A DNA stretch of 64,000 nucleotides from Clostridia bacterium (GCA_045541135.1 JAZQIO010000028.1:32897-96896); one strand, 5' to 3'. Counted from the first letter of the stretch, positions 17,572 through 27,358 are shown. The notes: generated by a model not told the origin, from the sequence alone. Numbers and translations: made by a program.

Positions 17572-20097
17572 TTATAGAATAGTATACAATATTTTTGCCG
17601 CCTCGGCTTTTGTTACGTTTTTGTTTGGAAGTATTGTTCCATCCTCATAGCCGTTTATTGCACCAATATTAATCAAAATTTCAAAGCCTTCTGTAAACCA
17701 TTCTTTTATGTCATTCTTATCTGAAGAGGTGATTTCGGCTTTCTTCAGACCATTTGGCAATGTTCTTGAAATTATTGTTGCAGTTTCGGCTCTTGTTATA
17801 CTATCAGTTGGATTTGCATAAAGTTTGCCGTTGTTATCACTGCCCTTGACAACACCTAATTCATATAGTGCTTTAAAGCTGTTCAATGCCCATTGAGGTA
17901 TTTTGTCTGCGTCTGTATACGGTAATTCAACATCTGAATATTCTGTAACATCAATTCCAAGATAATTTGTTGTCATAACGGCAAATTCTGAACGTGTCAT
18001 TGATTTTCCGGGGTTGAATTTTAAGCTGTTATCGATAATTTCACCATTAACTATTTTTGCTGAATACATATATGATAAAACATCTTTTGCCCAATGTTCA
18101 CTTGTGTCAGCAAACGGATTATCAAATTCGTTTGCGGTAATTACCTTTGTTTTAAAGGAGGTGAATCCTTCAGAATTTGTTGCAAATACAGTGATTTTAT
18201 TTATTGATTCGTCAATAGCTACAGTTGCTATACCATTTTTGTATTCAAAATCAATTTTCTTTCCGTCTGCCTTTATAATAATGTTATCCTTTTCAACAGG
18301 TAATCCTTCATTTGTATTAAGATTTACCGTTAACAAATCATTTTCAACATCAATATCAATGGGATTATAAATAATGTTTAAACCTTTTACATTAACAGGA
18401 ATTTTAACAGTTGTTTTTCCTGCTGTCACATATATGTTGCCGCTTACATCCGTAATAGAGTCAGTAGCAGTAAAAACACCGTTATCTGTGATTGTACCTA
18501 TAACTTCATCGCATGACCATTTGAAGCTTTTGTCCGAAGCAATAAGTTTATTGTAACCTTTATAGGCTTCGGCTTTTAAGGTCAGTGATTTTTCGCGGTT
18601 GATTGTAATATTATCAACAGAAGCACCGTTTTCTTTCATAACTTTAATGGTTGGTTTATCAACACAAACTATGTCGGTATTACCGGTTATATTTTTTGAT
18701 TTTGCATATATGGTTGCAGTTCCGTCTTCGTTAGCAGTAAAATAACCTTTTTCAGTAATTGTATTTTTGGAATTTTTATCAACTGAATATGTTATATTTG
18801 TCAACTTAACAGGGTATGATGCTGTATCAGAGCCCTTGGCACTTATCTGAACCGAATTACCAACCAACACATAGGAAGTAAGAGGATATACCGTTATTTT
18901 ATCAAGTATTCCGGTGGGTTCTTGATTGTTTTTTAAGAAGAAGAAATTGGAAACATTGCGTAATTTACCGTCAGATGGTTTATTTATAAGTGTTGTTGTT
19001 GCATCTCCCGGGAGCTGAACAATATAACTTGTAGAACCTCCGCCGTCAAGGTTTATTGCATCTACACAACCCAGTTCGGACATTCTTTTGGCAAGTGTTT
19101 TAAGTTGAACACCATAGCTGTAACCTTTTTGTCTTCCGTCAATTGTATAGAAAATTATACTTCCGTCTTCTTTTATACCCATTGCAGTTCGCGGGTGAGC
19201 ACCTGCAGTAAATTCTGTATATACAGTACCGTTTTCTATAAGAACTTCACCTGTTGCACCTATTCCTAATTTTACATTTTCCCAGCGTTCATCACCTTCA
19301 AAACCAAATGTAATTTTGATTTCTTCGCCAATCTGAAGTGAAGTAAGAGCTTGTACATATTCTTCAGGAGCGTTGGCATCAACAGTAAGGACTATTTTGC
19401 CTTCAGGTATTGCTATGGAACCGTTATATTCATCAACGGATTCTACAGTTGCTTTTATTTCTGAGCCAATTTTTATTTCACCTTCAATATCCGTTAATAT
19501 AACATCATACCCATTTGTGGTGTTGTATGTTTGTGTTCCAAAATCGTTAGTTAACATATAAATGGAATAAGGCTGGCGAAGCTTGTTTATATTGCTAATT
19601 GCAATTACAGTTTCATCATCTTTGTAAAGCGTTGAGTAAAGCGTGAATTCAGACATAAATGCAGTATTATCTTCGAGTATGCCTATACCGTATTGTGGAC
19701 CTTCTGTTTTGGTAATAATTTTACTGTCTGATATAATATTGCTCATTGGCAGTCCTGTTTGTAGTGAAAAGTAATCGGCATTAATACCGGCAATGGAATT
19801 TATGCCATTATTTCTAAGTCGGGATACCTCATCACTTATTTTGCCTGCACCATATAAATATTCACCATGTGTTATTATAGGCTCTATATGCTCGTTGGGT
19901 TTGTAGGTAATATAATTTTCCACCTGTTGGCCTACCCCACTTTGGTCACTGTACCATTTGTTGTGAGTTGACGTAGTTCCCTTACCTATTTCTATTGTAT
20001 AACCGTCAATCAACGTTGAACCTAATGTTGATGCGTTGACTGATGTTGATGAAAATATCATAAGCAAAAGTATTGCTGCAATTCGTATTTTTTTCAT
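17572..20097 (-). CDS. Cell-surface protein: signal peptide, phosphodiester glycosidase (NAGPA/DUF2233-like) domain, Ig-like (Big_2-like) repeats, and three C-terminal SLH domains
   Basis: Signal peptide MKKIRIAAILLLMIFSSTSVNAS. INLDGGGSTS is the hallmark block of phosphodiester glycosidases. Three SLH repeats are present (FADTSEHWAKDVLSY..., PYTDADKIPQWALNSFKALYELGVVKG..., ...INGYEDGTILPNKNVTKAEAAKIL). The ATG at 20097 lies 11 nt after AAGGAG. The ORF-track GTG at 20109 abuts the SD directly. Confidence 0.85.
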   Translation of the reverse strand: MKKIRIAAILLLMIFSSTSVNASTLGSTLIDGYTIEIGKGTTSTHNKWYSDQSGVGQQVENYITYKPNEHIEPIITHGEYLYGAGKISDEVSRLRNNGINSIAGINADYFSLQTGLPMSNIISDSKIITKTEGPQYGIGILEDNTAFMSEFTLYSTLYKDDETVIAISNINKLRQPYSIYMLTNDFGTQTYNTTNGYDVILTDIEGEIKIGSEIKATVESVDEYNGSIAIPEGKIVLTVDANAPEEYVQALTSLQIGEEIKITFGFEGDERWENVKLGIGATGEVLIENGTVYTEFTAGAHPRTAMGIKEDGSIIFYTIDGRQKGYSYGVQLKTLAKRMSELGCVDAINLDGGGSTSYIVQLPGDATTTLINKPSDGKLRNVSNFFFLKNNQEPTGILDKITVYPLTSYVLVGNSVQISAKGSDTASYPVKLTNITYSVDKNSKNTITEKGYFTANEDGTATIYAKSKNITGNTDIVCVDKPTIKVMKENGASVDNITINREKSLTLKAEAYKGYNKLIASDKSFKWSCDEVIGTITDNGVFTATDSITDVSGNIYVTAGKTTVKIPVNVKGLNIIYNPIDIDVENDLLTVNLNTNEGLPVEKDNIIIKADGKKIDFEYKNGIATVAIDESINKITVFATNSEGFTSFKTKVITANEFDNPFADTSEHWAKDVLSYMYSAKIVNGEIIDNSLKFNPGKSMTRSEFAVMTTNYLGIDVTEYSDVELPYTDADKIPQWALNSFKALYELGVVKGSDNNGKLYANPTDSITRAETATIISRTLPNGLKKAEITSSDKNDIKEWFTEGFEILINIGAINGYEDGTILPNKNVTKAEAAKILYTIL

Positions 20098-20131
20098 ATA
20101 TTCCGACACTCCTTGTATTTTTTACACAGAG

Positions 20132-20160
20132 ATTATATCATATTTGAAAATTTAAGTAAA
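20132..20160 (-). promoter_or_regulatory. sigma-A type promoter for the SLH protein gene
   Basis: Read on the minus strand: TTTACT (20160-20155), a 17-nt spacer, then TATAAT (20137-20132). Confidence 0.4.
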
Positions 20161-20190
20161 TGTATATATAAATCTTTAACAAATAATTAA

Positions 20191-21024
20191 TCATTTATGC
20201 AGTAATTTGCCAATTAAGGTAAAAATTACAAACATAATAACATCAATTACAACAATGCTTGCTCCTGTTGGCGTGTTAAGTATTACGGATAAAAACATAC
20301 CAATTGAAAAATTTATTACCGACAAAACAGCAGAGGATATTATAACTGTCTTAAAGGTGCGGAATATTCTCATTGTTGTAAGTGCAGGGAAAATAATTAA
20401 TGCTGATATAAGCATGGCACCCATCATTTTCATTCCTATTACAATGACAATAGCAGATAAAAGAGCAATTGTCATGTTATAAAAATCTGTATTTGTACCT
20501 GTTGATTTTGCAAATTTTTCATCAAATGCTACTAAAAACATTTTGTTGTATGTTAGAATGTACATTATAATTGTAAATGAAGACAGTATGGTAATCAGCA
20601 CTATGTCCTGTTCAGTAAGGGCTAATATACTGCCAAACATATAATTATAAACATCTGTATTTCCGCCGGAAGTATATGATATAAATATAATACCTATTGC
20701 AAGTGATGATATGGAAATCATGGCTATTGCAGAGTCACCTTTTATATTACTGCTGTCTTTTAATTTTAGCAGTAAAAATGCCGCAATAATAACTACGGGA
20801 ATTGTAAAATACATCGGTGAAAAACCCAATGCAGTTGCAATGGCTAAGGCTCCGAAGGCAATGTGGGATAATCCGTCACCTATCATAGAAAAACGTTTTA
20901 AAACAAGTATTACTCCCAAAAGTGCACAGCATAGTGATATCAGTATCCCTCCTAATAAAGCTCTTTGCATAAAACCCAGAGAAAAAATGGAAATAATGTC
21001 ATTAATCATTATCATTACCTCCAA
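20191..21024 (-). CDS. znuB: Metal (Zn/Mn-type) ABC transporter permease
   Basis: About 8 TM helices of the ABC-3 family. Last gene of the zur-SBP-ATPase-permease operon. The substrate is inferred from the Zur-like regulator. Confidence 0.85.
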   Translation of the reverse strand: MEVMIMINDIISIFSLGFMQRALLGGILISLCCALLGVILVLKRFSMIGDGLSHIAFGALAIATALGFSPMYFTIPVVIIAAFLLLKLKDSSNIKGDSAIAMISISSLAIGIIFISYTSGGNTDVYNYMFGSILALTEQDIVLITILSSFTIIMYILTYNKMFLVAFDEKFAKSTGTNTDFYNMTIALLSAIVIVIGMKMMGAMLISALIIFPALTTMRIFRTFKTVIISSAVLSVINFSIGMFLSVILNTPTGASIVVIDVIMFVIFTLIGKLLHK

Positions 21025-21712
21025 TCATAAATTTAGCAATATCACTTTTTAGGTAATCATCAGTTGTTCCGTAAAAGAGAGGTTTGTTGTTAAGGTGTAA
21101 TATATGTGACGAATCCTTTACCGCACTTTTTATATCGTGAGAAACCATAATTATCGAAACATTGTGTTCTTTGTTTATTTTTTTAATTACAGAATATAAT
21201 GAAGCCGTAGCCAAAGGGTCAAGTCCGGCAACAGGCTCGTCAAGTAACAGTAATTTTTTTGTTGCACATAAAGCTCTTGCAAGTAATACTCGTTGTTGCT
21301 GACCACCGGAGAGATTGTTGTAGCATTTATTTTTTATATTGCTTATTTCAAGTAATTCCATATTTTTTTCAGCAATGCTTTTTTCACTCTTTCTATAAAA
21401 AGGGAAAAATTTCAGTCTGCTTGCACATCCGGATAATACAACCTCGTATACAGAGGCAGGAAAATTTTTTTGTATTTCTGACCGTTGCGGAATGTATCCT
21501 ATTTCCCCGGCAGATATATCTTTTGAAATTTTAATTTCACCTTTTTGTGGCTTGATAAGTCCTAATATACCGTTTATAAGTGTAGTTTTGCCGGAACCAT
21601 TTTCGCCTACGATACATAAGTAATCACCTGAATTAAATTCAAACGATACATCTTTTAATACAGCTTTTCCGTTATACTGAAACTCTGCATTTTTACATGA
21701 TATAAGGCACAT
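21002..21712 (-). CDS. znuC: Metal ABC transporter ATP-binding protein
   Basis: Walker A GENGSGKTT, signature LSGGQQQR, Walker B LLLLDEP. Confidence 0.9.
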   Translation of the reverse strand: MCLISCKNAEFQYNGKAVLKDVSFEFNSGDYLCIVGENGSGKTTLINGILGLIKPQKGEIKISKDISAGEIGYIPQRSEIQKNFPASVYEVVLSGCASRLKFFPFYRKSEKSIAEKNMELLEISNIKNKCYNNLSGGQQQRVLLARALCATKKLLLLDEPVAGLDPLATASLYSVIKKINKEHNVSIIMVSHDIKSAVKDSSHILHLNNKPLFYGTTDDYLKSDIAKFMIGGNDND

Positions 21713-22644
21713 TATTTAATCGCCTCCCTAAGGTTTTCCAGGTTTTGCTGCATAAGTGAAATGTATGTTTTTCCTGAACTGAATTCATCCTGTGTAATAT
21801 TATGACAAGAATGGAAGAGGAGCTTCTTGGCACCTGTCTCAGTTTGTATTGTATCTGCAATTTTCTGATTGGAAAATTCAATATAAAATATTGCAGATGT
21901 ATTTTCTGTTTTTACTGTATCTATAATTTTTGCCATTGTCTGTGCACTTGGTTCAGATTCTTCAGAACAGCTTGGAAATGCTGAAATATAATTTAAGTCG
22001 TAATCATTTGCAAAATACGAAAAGGGGAATCTATCAGCAAATATTAATGTTTTATCCGATAATTCAATTGTTTCTTTAAATTGTATATCTAAATTATTAA
22101 TTTCTTCTGTAAGCCTTTGGGCATTTCCTTTATATATATCCTTATTTTGAGGGTCAATTTCACATATAACATCACATATTTCAAAAATAATTGTTTTTGA
22201 GTTTTTAAGAGATGTCCACACATGTTCATCGTTGGAAATTTTGCCGTGATGTTCATAAGTCAGAGGTGTTATATAATCCATTACTTTGATTATTTTTGTT
22301 TTATTCGTATCAATTGAAGACAGAATTGTTTCTACCCATTTGTCTGATTCACCACCTGTATATATGAATATATCAGAATTTTTAATTGTAATGATATCTT
22401 CTGTGGTAGGCTCATATGTGTGACTTTCGGCTCCGGGTTTTAAAAGCATAACTACATTTCCGTCAAAATCACATATTTCACTTGCAAAGCTGTAATATGG
22501 AAATATGGATGTTGTAATCTGAATTTTGTGTTGTGTGTTACCCGGAGTTTTGTTTTTGTATAAATATATAAATGAAACAATCAACGAAGCAATCAGTGCA
22601 ATAAGAACAATAAAATAAATTGTTTTTTGATATTTTAAATTCAT
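21712..22644 (-). CDS. znuA: Metal ABC transporter substrate-binding protein (ZnuA/TroA cluster-9 family), N-terminally membrane-anchored
   Basis: Fold-typical blocks PGAESHTYEPT and DEHVW. It has an N-terminal TM anchor rather than a lipobox. Confidence 0.85.
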   Translation of the reverse strand: MNLKYQKTIYFIVLIALIASLIVSFIYLYKNKTPGNTQHKIQITTSIFPYYSFASEICDFDGNVVMLLKPGAESHTYEPTTEDIITIKNSDIFIYTGGESDKWVETILSSIDTNKTKIIKVMDYITPLTYEHHGKISNDEHVWTSLKNSKTIIFEICDVICEIDPQNKDIYKGNAQRLTEEINNLDIQFKETIELSDKTLIFADRFPFSYFANDYDLNYISAFPSCSEESEPSAQTMAKIIDTVKTENTSAIFYIEFSNQKIADTIQTETGAKKLLFHSCHNITQDEFSSGKTYISLMQQNLENLREAIK

Positions 22645-23045
22645 AGTTTTTCATACCTTTCGTTACATTTTGAACAAACTCCGTACAGAATAGTTTTACT
22701 TGTATCAATACTGAATTTATGATGCTGATTAATGTGTTCGTTTAATGAACTTATATATTCACAATTTAAATGAATTAATTGTCCGCAATCGGTACATTTA
22801 AGGTGATAGTGTGTATTACATTCATTATGCTCACCAATATACTGATACAAAACAGATTTTCCGTCATTACCTCTGAAACGTCTTACCGTGCCGTCTTTGG
22901 ACATTTTATCTATTAGTCTGTATATGGTACTTTTTCCTATATTTGATTTTGAAAAGGCATCAGTAATTTCTTTGATTGAAAAATGTTTATCGATGTTTTT
23001 TGATAAATAATCAGTTAATACTTGTTTTTGTTTTGTGTTATACAT
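22641..23045 (-). CDS. zur: Fur-family transcriptional regulator (Zur-like)
   Basis: Winged-helix N-terminus plus CxxC...CxxC (CTDCGQ...CSKCNE). First gene of the metal ABC operon. The ATG at 23045 lies 5 nt after GGAGG (23055-23051). The ORF-track ATG at 23057 overlaps the SD. Confidence 0.85.
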   Translation of the reverse strand: MYNTKQKQVLTDYLSKNIDKHFSIKEITDAFSKSNIGKSTIYRLIDKMSKDGTVRRFRGNDGKSVLYQYIGEHNECNTHYHLKCTDCGQLIHLNCEYISSLNEHINQHHKFSIDTSKTILYGVCSKCNERYEKL

Positions 23046-23064
23046 TATGTCCTCCATATAAATT

Positions 23065-23079
23065 TGAGAATTACTCTCA
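23065..23079 (-). promoter_or_regulatory. Fur-family 7-1-7 inverted repeat (candidate Zur box), immediately downstream of the -10
   Basis: TGAGAAT-T-ACTCTCA, with 6 of 7 positions symmetric. It lies between the -10 (23086-23081) and the SD of zur. Confidence 0.5.
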
Positions 23080-23080
23080 T

Positions 23081-23109
23081 ATTATACAATGTGCTTTAAA
23101 AAAAGTCAA
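23081..23109 (-). promoter_or_regulatory. sigma-A promoter of the zur-znuACB operon
   Basis: Read on the minus strand: TTGACT (23109-23104), a 17-nt spacer, then TATAAT (23086-23081). Confidence 0.55.
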
Positions 23110-23110
23110 T

Positions 23111-23138
23111 AAAAAAGCCGACGACTTAAATCGTCGGC
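23111..23138 (-). terminator. Rho-independent terminator after the EamA transporter gene
   Basis: GCCGACGA (23117-23124) pairs with TCGTCGGC (23131-23138). On the minus strand it is followed by UUUUUU (23116-23111). Confidence 0.8.
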
Positions 23139-23165
23139 CGGTAAAATAATAGTATATTAAAAATA

Positions 23166-24095
23166 TTATTTCTTTTCCGAAAATTTATTTACGATAACGA
23201 TACCTACGGAGACAAGAACCAGAGCAATTATATTTTCCGGTTTGAATGCTCCCATACGTTCACTTTCAACAAGAAGTGCCGAAAGGATAACACCGAAAAC
23301 AGGTATCATAAAACTGTATACGGTAACATTTGATACTTTATTGTGTTTTAAAATAATACCCCACAAAGAATAAGCTATTGCGGAGAGTAGTCCAAGGTAG
23401 AGTAAAACAGAAACTGATCCGATTGTAAAATTGCTCAGTCTTCCACCCATAAATAAGCCAACCAAAGTTAAAATCAAACCACCGATAAAGAACTGATAAC
23501 CGCTTAATGTAACGGGATTTTCCTTCTGTGAATACATTTTAATTAAAACAGAAGAAAATGCATAAGATACCGTTGAAACCAAAATCATAAGATCGCCTGA
23601 AAGACCTGTTTCAAAACTTACACCATTGATGTTGGATATTATAACGCCACCAAAACCGATTACGCAGGCAACAATTTTCAGCCATGTTAGCTTTTCTTGT
23701 TTGAAAATAAGACTTGCAATCAGTATTGAAAAGAAAGCACAAGTACCTTCAATAAGGGAGGCTTTAACACCTGTTGTAATTGAAAGACCTATGTAAAAGA
23801 ATAAATACTGTACAAAAGTCTGAAAGAAACTCAATGTACAAACATATTTCCATGAACTCTTAAGAGGAAACAAAAATTTTCTGTTAAGAATACTGCCGAT
23901 TATAATTGTCATAATCCCTGCCAGTGTAAATCTTAATCCTGCAAAAAGTATCTGAGAAGCAGTATCTGTTATATTAAAGAGTTTATAGCCAATTTTTACG
24001 TACGGAAAAGCACTTCCCCAAAGCCCGCAGCATATTATTGCTATGATACAAACTACAATTTTATTTGAAAATATATTATTTTTAGTATTATTCAT
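23166..24095 (-). CDS. EamA/DMT-superfamily transporter
   Basis: 309 aa with 10 predicted TM helices, as two EamA repeats. Confidence 0.85.
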   Translation of the reverse strand: MNNTKNNIFSNKIVVCIIAIICCGLWGSAFPYVKIGYKLFNITDTASQILFAGLRFTLAGIMTIIIGSILNRKFLFPLKSSWKYVCTLSFFQTFVQYLFFYIGLSITTGVKASLIEGTCAFFSILIASLIFKQEKLTWLKIVACVIGFGGVIISNINGVSFETGLSGDLMILVSTVSYAFSSVLIKMYSQKENPVTLSGYQFFIGGLILTLVGLFMGGRLSNFTIGSVSVLLYLGLLSAIAYSLWGIILKHNKVSNVTVYSFMIPVFGVILSALLVESERMGAFKPENIIALVLVSVGIVIVNKFSEKK

Positions 24096-24165
24096 ATGTA
24101 TTCTCCTTATATAAAATCTTTCTACATTATATAATTAAAATCAGATAATGTCAAATTCTTTTTAA

Positions 24166-24194
24166 TTGACACTTTTGGGCAATTATGTTAGAAT
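24166..24194 (+). promoter_or_regulatory. sigma-A promoter with extended -10 for the pseudouridine synthase gene
   Basis: TTGACA (24166-24171), a 17-nt spacer, then TGtTAGAAT (-10 at 24189-24194). Confidence 0.55.
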
Positions 24195-24230
24195 AAAAAA
24201 GATTGTGATTAAAACACAGGAGGTGTTATT

Positions 24231-24935
24231 TTGGAAGAAATAAGATTACAGAAATTTATGGCAGACTGCGGTGTGGCATCACGCAGAAAATGTGAAGAAA
24301 TAATACTTCAGGGAAAGGTTAAGGTTAACGGTATTAAGGTTACTGAACTTGGTACTAAGGTAACAGAAGATGATGAAGTATCTGTTGATGGAAAGGTTAT
24401 AAAAAAGGTATTTAAAAAAGTTTATATCGCAATGAATAAACCTGTAGGATTTATTACATCTGTTTCAGATGAATTTAACAGACCTACAGTAATAAATCTT
24501 GTTGAGGACGAAATACACACAAGGGTATATCCTGTAGGACGACTGGATTTTGATACCGAAGGGTTACTTATTATGACCAATGACGGAGAGCTTACCTATA
24601 AGCTTACACATCCTAAACATCTGGTGTATAAAACCTATGTTGCAACTCTTAATGATGTACCTCATCCAAAGGATATTGAAAAGCTTAAAAAAGGTGTGTT
24701 TATAGATGGAAGAAAGACTCAACCGCCCAAAGTAAATTGGTTAAGAGATAATATAGTAGAAATTTCAATATTTGAGGGCAGAAACCGTCAGGTAAGAAAA
24801 ATGTTTGAAGCAATTGGCTATGAAGTGGTAAATCTTCAAAGAATTGCTGTGGGAAATTTAACATTGGGAAATATCCCTTTAGGCAGGTGGAGACACCTTA
24901 GTAATGCGGAAATTAATTATCTTAAATCTTTATAA
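24231..24935 (+). CDS. rluB: RsuA/RluB-family rRNA pseudouridine synthase with N-terminal S4 domain
   Basis: S4 motif RLQKFMADCGVASRRKCEEII..GKVKVNG and catalytic GRLDFDTEGLL. TTG start 7 nt after AGGAGG. Confidence 0.88.
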   Translation: MEEIRLQKFMADCGVASRRKCEEIILQGKVKVNGIKVTELGTKVTEDDEVSVDGKVIKKVFKKVYIAMNKPVGFITSVSDEFNRPTVINLVEDEIHTRVYPVGRLDFDTEGLLIMTNDGELTYKLTHPKHLVYKTYVATLNDVPHPKDIEKLKKGVFIDGRKTQPPKVNWLRDNIVEISIFEGRNRQVRKMFEAIGYEVVNLQRIAVGNLTLGNIPLGRWRHLSNAEINYLKSL

Positions 24936-25012
24936 AATGAAAAATATAATTCATTTATTGACAATGTTGTAAAAAAATATGTAAAAATTACAAAATTTGT
25001 GTCAAAAAACTA

Positions 25013-25041
25013 TTGAAGATAATTTAATTTTATAGTATAAT
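25013..25041 (+). promoter_or_regulatory. sigma-A promoter for the decarboxylase cluster
   Basis: TTGAAG (25013-25018), a 17-nt spacer, then TATAAT (25036-25041). Confidence 0.5.
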
Positions 25042-25074
25042 TTTAAATGTTGAATAAAATTTGGAGGTAGACTT

Positions 25075-26568
25075 ATGAACAATATGGATAAGCTTGCTGA
25101 ATTACAGTCAAAACGTGCTTCAATTGAGGCTGCATGTGAAAGCGTTAATGGCAAAAATTCTGCAAGAGAACGAATAAAGCTTTTATTCGATGAAGGAAGT
25201 TTTGTTGAAATTAATGCATTTGTTACCGGTGAAGCTGCTGCAGAAGGCGTTGTTTCCGGATATGGTACAGTAAATGATAGACTTGTATATGCATATTCAC
25301 AGGACTACAGTTCAATTGGTGGTGCATTGGGTGGTGCTAATGCAAAGAAAATCACTTACACCTTGGATTTGGCTGCTAAGATGGGTGCTCCTGTTGTAAG
25401 TATTCTTGATTCAAAGGGTGCTAAAATTGCAGAAGGCATTGATGCTTTAGCTGCAATTGGAGAAATTTATGCAAAAAATACTGAACTTTCGGGCTTAGTA
25501 CCTCAGGTTTCAGTTGTTCTTGGCGACTGTGCAGGCGGCGCTGTTTACACACCGTCAATATCTGACTTTGTTTTTATGTCAGAAAAAAATGCAAATATGT
25601 ACATAAACAGCCCATCTGTTATTACAGGTGTTTCAGGTGAAGCTTGTACTGCTGATGAAGTAGGTTCTGCAAAAGCTTGTGCCTCAAACGGTACTGCTGA
25701 TTTTGTGTGTGCAACAGAGGAAGAATGCTTTGCAAATGTTAAAAAGCTTCTTGATTATTTGCCATCAAACAATCTTGAGGGAACTCCTGTAGAAATTCCT
25801 ACAGATGATATTAACAGAATTTCTGAAAATATTATTAATATGATTCCTGATAACGATGATGGATTTGATATTAAAAATATCATTAAAGAAGTTGCAGACA
25901 ATGCAGAACTTTTTGAAGTTTCATCGGAATATTCAAAAAATATGGTTACGGGTTTTGTTAAACTTAATGGTATGACTGTTGGTGTTGTTGCCAATAACTC
26001 TGCCGAATACAATGGCGATCTGTGCATAAATGCTGCTAAGAAAGCTTCAAAGTTTATCAATTTCTGTGATTCTTTCAATATTCCTGTTGTAACATTTGTT
26101 GATTGCGGCGGCTTTGCTGCATGCAAATATCAGGAAAACAATGGCCTTGCTGATGCTGCTGCTACGCTGTTAGCCACATATGCAAGTGTTACAATTCCAA
26201 AGGTAACTGTTGTTGTTCGTAAGGCTTATGGAAGTGCTTATCTTGCAATGGGCTCTAAAGTATGCGGTGCAGATATGGTATTTGCATATCCTACTGCTGA
26301 AATCGCAATTATGGCTCCTGAAGGTGCCGCAAACATTATGTACAATGAAGAAATTGCGGCTTCTGCTGATCCTGTTGCATGCAGAACACAGAAAATAGAT
26401 GAATACAAAAACGTTATTGCAGCTCCATATACTGCTGCATCAAAAGGATACATTGATGATGTTATTGAGCCTGACAGCACAAGACCTCGCCTTATCAGTG
26501 CTCTTGAAATGCTTTCTGCAAAAAGAGTTAACTCAATTGCTAAAAAGCATATCAATATGCCACTTTAA
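25075..26568 (+). CDS. mmdA: Acyl-CoA carboxyltransferase (methylmalonyl-CoA decarboxylase alpha / transcarboxylase 12S-like)
   Basis: 497 aa of the Carboxyl_trans family, with two crotonase-like halves. Its size matches MmdA/12S rather than GcdA (about 590 aa). Confidence 0.85.
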   Translation: MNNMDKLAELQSKRASIEAACESVNGKNSARERIKLLFDEGSFVEINAFVTGEAAAEGVVSGYGTVNDRLVYAYSQDYSSIGGALGGANAKKITYTLDLAAKMGAPVVSILDSKGAKIAEGIDALAAIGEIYAKNTELSGLVPQVSVVLGDCAGGAVYTPSISDFVFMSEKNANMYINSPSVITGVSGEACTADEVGSAKACASNGTADFVCATEEECFANVKKLLDYLPSNNLEGTPVEIPTDDINRISENIINMIPDNDDGFDIKNIIKEVADNAELFEVSSEYSKNMVTGFVKLNGMTVGVVANNSAEYNGDLCINAAKKASKFINFCDSFNIPVVTFVDCGGFAACKYQENNGLADAAATLLATYASVTIPKVTVVVRKAYGSAYLAMGSKVCGADMVFAYPTAEIAIMAPEGAANIMYNEEIAASADPVACRTQKIDEYKNVIAAPYTAASKGYIDDVIEPDSTRPRLISALEMLSAKRVNSIAKKHINMPL

Positions 26569-26587
26569 CAGATAAGGAAGTGATTTT

Positions 26588-26962
26588 ATGTCATTGTTAG
26601 ATAAATTAGGTCAGGGTGTTCCGATTGCCATAATCGGATATGTTATGGTTTTTGTTGTTTTGGCAATTCTTTGGGGGATCATTGAATTGATGCATATTAT
26701 TTTAACACCTAAAACATCAAAAAACAAAAAGAAGGAAGAAGTAAAGGTTACACAGAATTCACTTATTGAGAAAGAAACAGAAGCTGTTGTCGAAACCGAA
26801 CAGGTTGATGAAGGTGAATTGGTTGCGGTTTTGACTGCTGCTGTTGCTGCATCGCTTAACACTTCAACTTATAATTTAAAAATAAAATCTTTTAAACGCA
26901 TAGATACAAAAAATAATGCTTGGTCGAACGCATCAAGAAATGATGCAATTAATAAGTTTTAA
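26588..26962 (+). CDS. OadG/MmdD-family small membrane subunit of Na+-translocating decarboxylase
   Basis: 124 aa with a single N-terminal TM helix (IAIIGYVMVFVVLAILWGIIELM) and then an acidic linker. The position between the CT and BCCP genes fits this role. Confidence 0.7.
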   Translation: MSLLDKLGQGVPIAIIGYVMVFVVLAILWGIIELMHIILTPKTSKNKKKEEVKVTQNSLIEKETEAVVETEQVDEGELVAVLTAAVAASLNTSTYNLKIKSFKRIDTKNNAWSNASRNDAINKF

Positions 26963-26980
26963 TTTTGGAGGATTATAAAA

Positions 26981-27358
26981 ATGAGAAAATTTGTTATAAA
27001 TGTAAATGGTAAATCCTATGATGTAGAAGTAGAAGAAATAAGAGATGGCGTTGCAGTTGCAACACCTGTTGTTACAGCTCCTGTTGCTGCACCTGCACCA
27101 CAGACTGCTCCTGCTGCGTCTCCAAAGGCTACAGGTACAGCCGGTTCAGTAAAAGTTGAAGCACCTATGCCCGGTACTGTTCTTAAAATGAACGTTAAGG
27201 TTGGCGATACTGTTGCTGAAGGACAGGCTGTTGCTGTTCTTGAAGCTATGAAGATGGAAAACGATATTGTTGCACCAAGTGCCGGTACAGTTGCATCCGT
27301 AAACGTTTCTGTTGGTGATGCTGTAAACACAGGTGATGTACTTGTTACTCTTAACTAA
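26981..27358 (+). CDS. mmdC: Biotin carboxyl carrier protein (decarboxylase gamma / 1.3S-like subunit)
   Basis: Ala/Pro-rich linker (ATPVVTAPVAAPAPQTAPAASP) followed by a biotinyl domain with the EAMKMEN motif. Confidence 0.92.
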   Translation: MRKFVINVNGKSYDVEVEEIRDGVAVATPVVTAPVAAPAPQTAPAASPKATGTAGSVKVEAPMPGTVLKMNVKVGDTVAEGQAVAVLEAMKMENDIVAPSAGTVASVNVSVGDAVNTGDVLVTLN

